A stretch of 24,395 nt of DNA from Octopus sinensis (taxonomy: Eukaryota): NCBI RefSeq assembly GCF_006345805.1, contig NW_021836570.1, positions 1 through 24,395 on the forward strand, read 5' to 3'. The stretch's first letter is position 1. Each line of letters opens with the position of its first letter. A program made the position numbers and the translations under genes. Below, one piece after another: positions 21,401 to 24,395 of the stretch. The notes beneath the pieces were generated by a model. That model had not been told where the DNA came from. It worked only from the letters and a program-made list of their open reading frames with translations, and did not search any database.

Positions 21401-21876
21401 TTCTATTGCTATCTCTGCCCACGTAGTCTAGATGCGTGTCCAGGGTGGCATTCCAATCCCCCCAAAAGTAAAGGACGAGACGTTCCCATGAAAGACTCTA
21501 GACGTCGAAAGAAATCTGGTCGGCCTGTTAAGGACGGAGCATAAACTGCTATCAGTCGAAAAGCACACTCATTGCTGCCATCGACATCCAAAACGACCAG
21601 CCTACCCTCCTGGTCTAGGAAAATTGCTCTTACTTTGAGATCCAGACTCTTCCGGAGAAGCACCGCGGTGCCACCTCCGCCCATTCTCGGTAGACACGGA
21701 GAAAAATAAATGTTGAAATGTGTACCGAAACTGTGCTGGAGTGCCCGCGAGCTGTGGAGTCTGGTCTCACTGATGGCTATGATATTCAGATTTAGTGACT
21801 TGATGTCATTTAACAGGTAGCCTTGTTTCCAAGGCGACCCCAAGCCACGTACATTTATACTGCCTATTCTGAGCAT
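18451..21876 (-). pseudogene. ORF2: APE endonuclease, reverse transcriptase and C-terminal Cys/His motif; many frameshifts
   Basis: Endonuclease: IGSINVRGL, ISETR, AVYAP, GDWN (across a frameshift), YLDR, TDHK, GPGYWKLN. RT: DNFRP, KILAKVLAERL, GRSIHDN, LDQSKAFDRVDH, VRQGCPLSSLLY, AYADDVTV, GAKINREKS, LSLKGR, GGLGMP. C-terminus: TCPRCGQSDETVLHALVH (~18815-18870). Confidence 0.95.
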
Positions 21877-21944
21877 GTTCCGATAAAAAATTGTGTTTTA
21901 CACACGAAAAGGAAGTGCAAAAAAGGAAAGAGAGAGAGAAAAGG

Positions 21945-24145
21945 TTACTTGTTCGAAAGTCTTTTGTTTTTCACCTCACAGTCTTCTTCCATGAGGTTTT
22001 GTATAGTTTCTTCGATGAATACTTTTGAAATCTCCCTACTGCATCAGGGTAAAAAGAAGATTTCAGGGTGCTGTATGTGTTCTGTGTTACGTTATTATTT
22101 TAATGTGTGTTGTGGTGGTGTTATGCGTGGGTGTTACTTGTTTTTATGTCGTTTTCAGTTATGTTGGTGTTTGACCTAATGTTTCCATTAGGTCGTGGTT
22201 GTTTGTGTTTATGGCTGTCAACATTGTTGGGGGGTTTGATGATGGTGTGTTTGTGTTGATGTGTTTTGTTTTCTGTGGATGTTTTTGTTTCGGGAGTGGT
22301 GAATCTTCCTGCTTTGTTTGTTATCTTTTCTTTTCTTTTTTCCCCTTTCTTCTCCCCCCTGTGGCTATTTGCCAATCTTGTGTTCTTCGTCTAATGAAAT
22401 CAGAGGAATCAGAGCTTGGGAGAGGGAAAATATTGGGGTCTATTGTAGACTGTGTTGATTTTGTTGTTGATGTTGGTTGGTGAGCGTTAGGTTGTGGTGT
22501 ATGCGGTTTTGGATGTGGGGTTTGGGTATTTTGTGTTTGAGTGATTGTAGGTATTGTTGGGGTGTTGTTGTAGGTTGGGGTGTCAATTTTGTGGGGATTT
22601 GGAGTAGTAATTGTTTCTTCATTTTCGATGAGTGTCTTTTTGGCAGATGTCCTTGGTTGGGAGTTGGTTATTCTTGGTTGTTGTTGGTGGGTGTGTGCTT
22701 CTGTTCTTGCTGCAGTTGGTGTGGTTGTTTGGTTGGTGTGAAGTTGTTTTTTGTTGATTTTCTGTGATTAGTCCTGTTCGTGCAAAACGTGTGGTGGGGG
22801 TAGTAAAGCTGGTTTATTGGTTTTTTCCGGTGTTGTTGTTGTGTGCTGTTGTTTTCTTGCGGCATATTTGCAGTCTTTTTTTAGGTGTTGCTCACTGCCG
22901 CATATGTAGCAACGTGGTCTTCTGCCATCGACGACCACATACAACTTGTGGTCTTCTGATACACATATCTGGGTGGGTATTTTCTTTATGTCCTCTTGGG
23001 TTATATATGTAGTAGAAATTCTAATTTTTTCCCACCCAGTTTTTGTGCTCTGACCGTGACGTAGTTTCTAAATTGTGAAATCTTCCATTTCACACATAAG
23101 GCCTTTACTAGCCATAGATTGTTAGCTATTTTTGGGACATTGTTTAAAGTGAGCTTAGTCACTTTCTGTCCACGATAGCTGGTGTTAGTTGAAGTTCATC
23201 TGAATGAAGAGTTAGCGTTGAGAAACGTCTTGCTAACTCTTCAGTGTGGAAGACCACTTGTAGTGTGGCGAACTTTTCCACCAGTCCATACTCTTTGTAG
23301 TTCCAATGGGTTTCAAGCATTTTTCGATTTTGCTTGTGTTAGCCTTCTCCGGACTTTTTTGTTTTCTTATTAATTATTTATATATAATTGTTCTTTTCTT
23401 TTCATCTTCTAATATTTCTTGTGGTAGTTTATTTTTACTATACCATCTACTTCCGTTATTGAAATGTTCGTATCTTTTATTTTGTTGTGCAGTAAAATAT
23501 ACTGTTGTCTTTTTTTCTTTTATCGCCTCGGCGAAATTTGTGTTGTTTTGTTATTGTTGTTGCTGGTTGGTGAGGGTTGTTGTTGCTGCAGTTGGTAAAA
23601 TAGGTGTTTTGGTTTGGATTGTGCAAGTAGGAAGGGGTGTAAAATTACTTGCATAGTTTATCATTTGCCTGTATTCGAGCAGCTTTTGTCAATTTTTTGG
23701 TGGTCCACAGTCTTTTGTTTATTCCCTTCAGTTTTGTGGTTGGAATGAAACAAGGTCTGAACGGATTGTTGTTGTTGTTATGTTGTTTTTTGTTGTTGGC
23801 GGTGTGGTGTCAGTGGCAGAAGAGACAGCCGTGGCAGCAGATGTCGAAATGGTGGCGCCAATTTGTTATTCTTGTTTGTCATTGTTAGTTTGTTGTTGTT
23901 GGTAGTTGAGGTAGTGGATGAGTGGCCGTGGTGGTGGTGGTGGAGGCGGTGGTTGTGGTAGCAGTAGTAGTCCTTGTTGTTGTTGTTGTTTAGTGGTGGT
24001 GGGCAGTGCAGTTTATTTTATCGCAAGTGGTTGCAGCAGCGTTCACTTGCCACGTCATTTAGGTTTGCACTTTGCGTGCATGAGTTCTTATTGAGTTCCT
24101 TATTTTCTTCTCCTAGCGTTTCAAACTAGGAAAATGCTGGTCCAT
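21945..24145 (-). pseudogene. ORF1: nucleic-acid-binding protein with CCHC zinc knuckle and T/Q/N/P-rich low-complexity regions; frameshifted
   Basis: GRRPR-CYICGSEQHLKKDC (CX2CX4HX4C) at 22870-22911. Ends ...EEDCEVKNKRLSNK* at 21945. Start ATG at 24145 (MDQHFPSL) is tentative. Confidence 0.8.
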
Positions 24146-24395
24146 AAGAACGCGACCAGCGTTCTACAATAAAATTTCTCGACGACTTTCTAATGTCGAG
24201 AAGAAAATTACACAAATGAAATGGGGTTGAAACTGCCCCTAGGGCGAATTCCTCCCTGGAAAAGCACTCAAACGAAAGTTGGGTGCCTTACACACCACTT
24301 AAAATTTAGCAAAAATGTACACAAATATGGGCTATAAATAGTCAAAATAAACGATTACCATCGGAGCCGAAGTGACAGCACGTCCATAGATAGAT

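Noticed and set aside
22121-23888. Plus-strand Cys/Val/Leu-rich, membrane-looking ORFs
   Set aside because: They are antisense readings of the A/C-rich LINE ORF1.

Overview
AT-rich eukaryotic (metazoan) DNA saturated with microsatellites. The repeat landscape resembles an octopus/cephalopod genome, but that is inference. No host protein-coding gene can be supported, and most ORFs in the track are translations of (TA)n/(TG)n/(GATA)n repeats. The main element is an apparently full-length ~6.2 kb L1/Tx1-clade non-LTR retrotransposon on the minus strand (~18157-24385). It has a CCHC-knuckle ORF1 and an APE-endonuclease/RT/Cys-His ORF2, both frameshifted, and it abuts (GATA)n at both ends with no poly(A). 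A 5'-truncated relative at 1-160 also abuts (GATA)n, which suggests microsatellite targeting. The last ~42 nt of this element match the tail of an abundant tRNA-derived SINE. That SINE occurs as monomers, as a TSD-flanked dimer and as a trimer. The window also holds a decayed Tc1 transposon (IR/DR type), CR1 and RTE LINE 3' fragments, two further SINE families, a hAT MITE and a ~625 bp tandem duplication. Two families of short (TA)n-embedded elements carry minimal hammerhead-ribozyme motifs (Penelope-terminus or retrozyme-like), and a third hammerhead-like motif lies inside the Tc1. All alignments and folds were done by eye, so boundaries are approximate unless a TSD is quoted.
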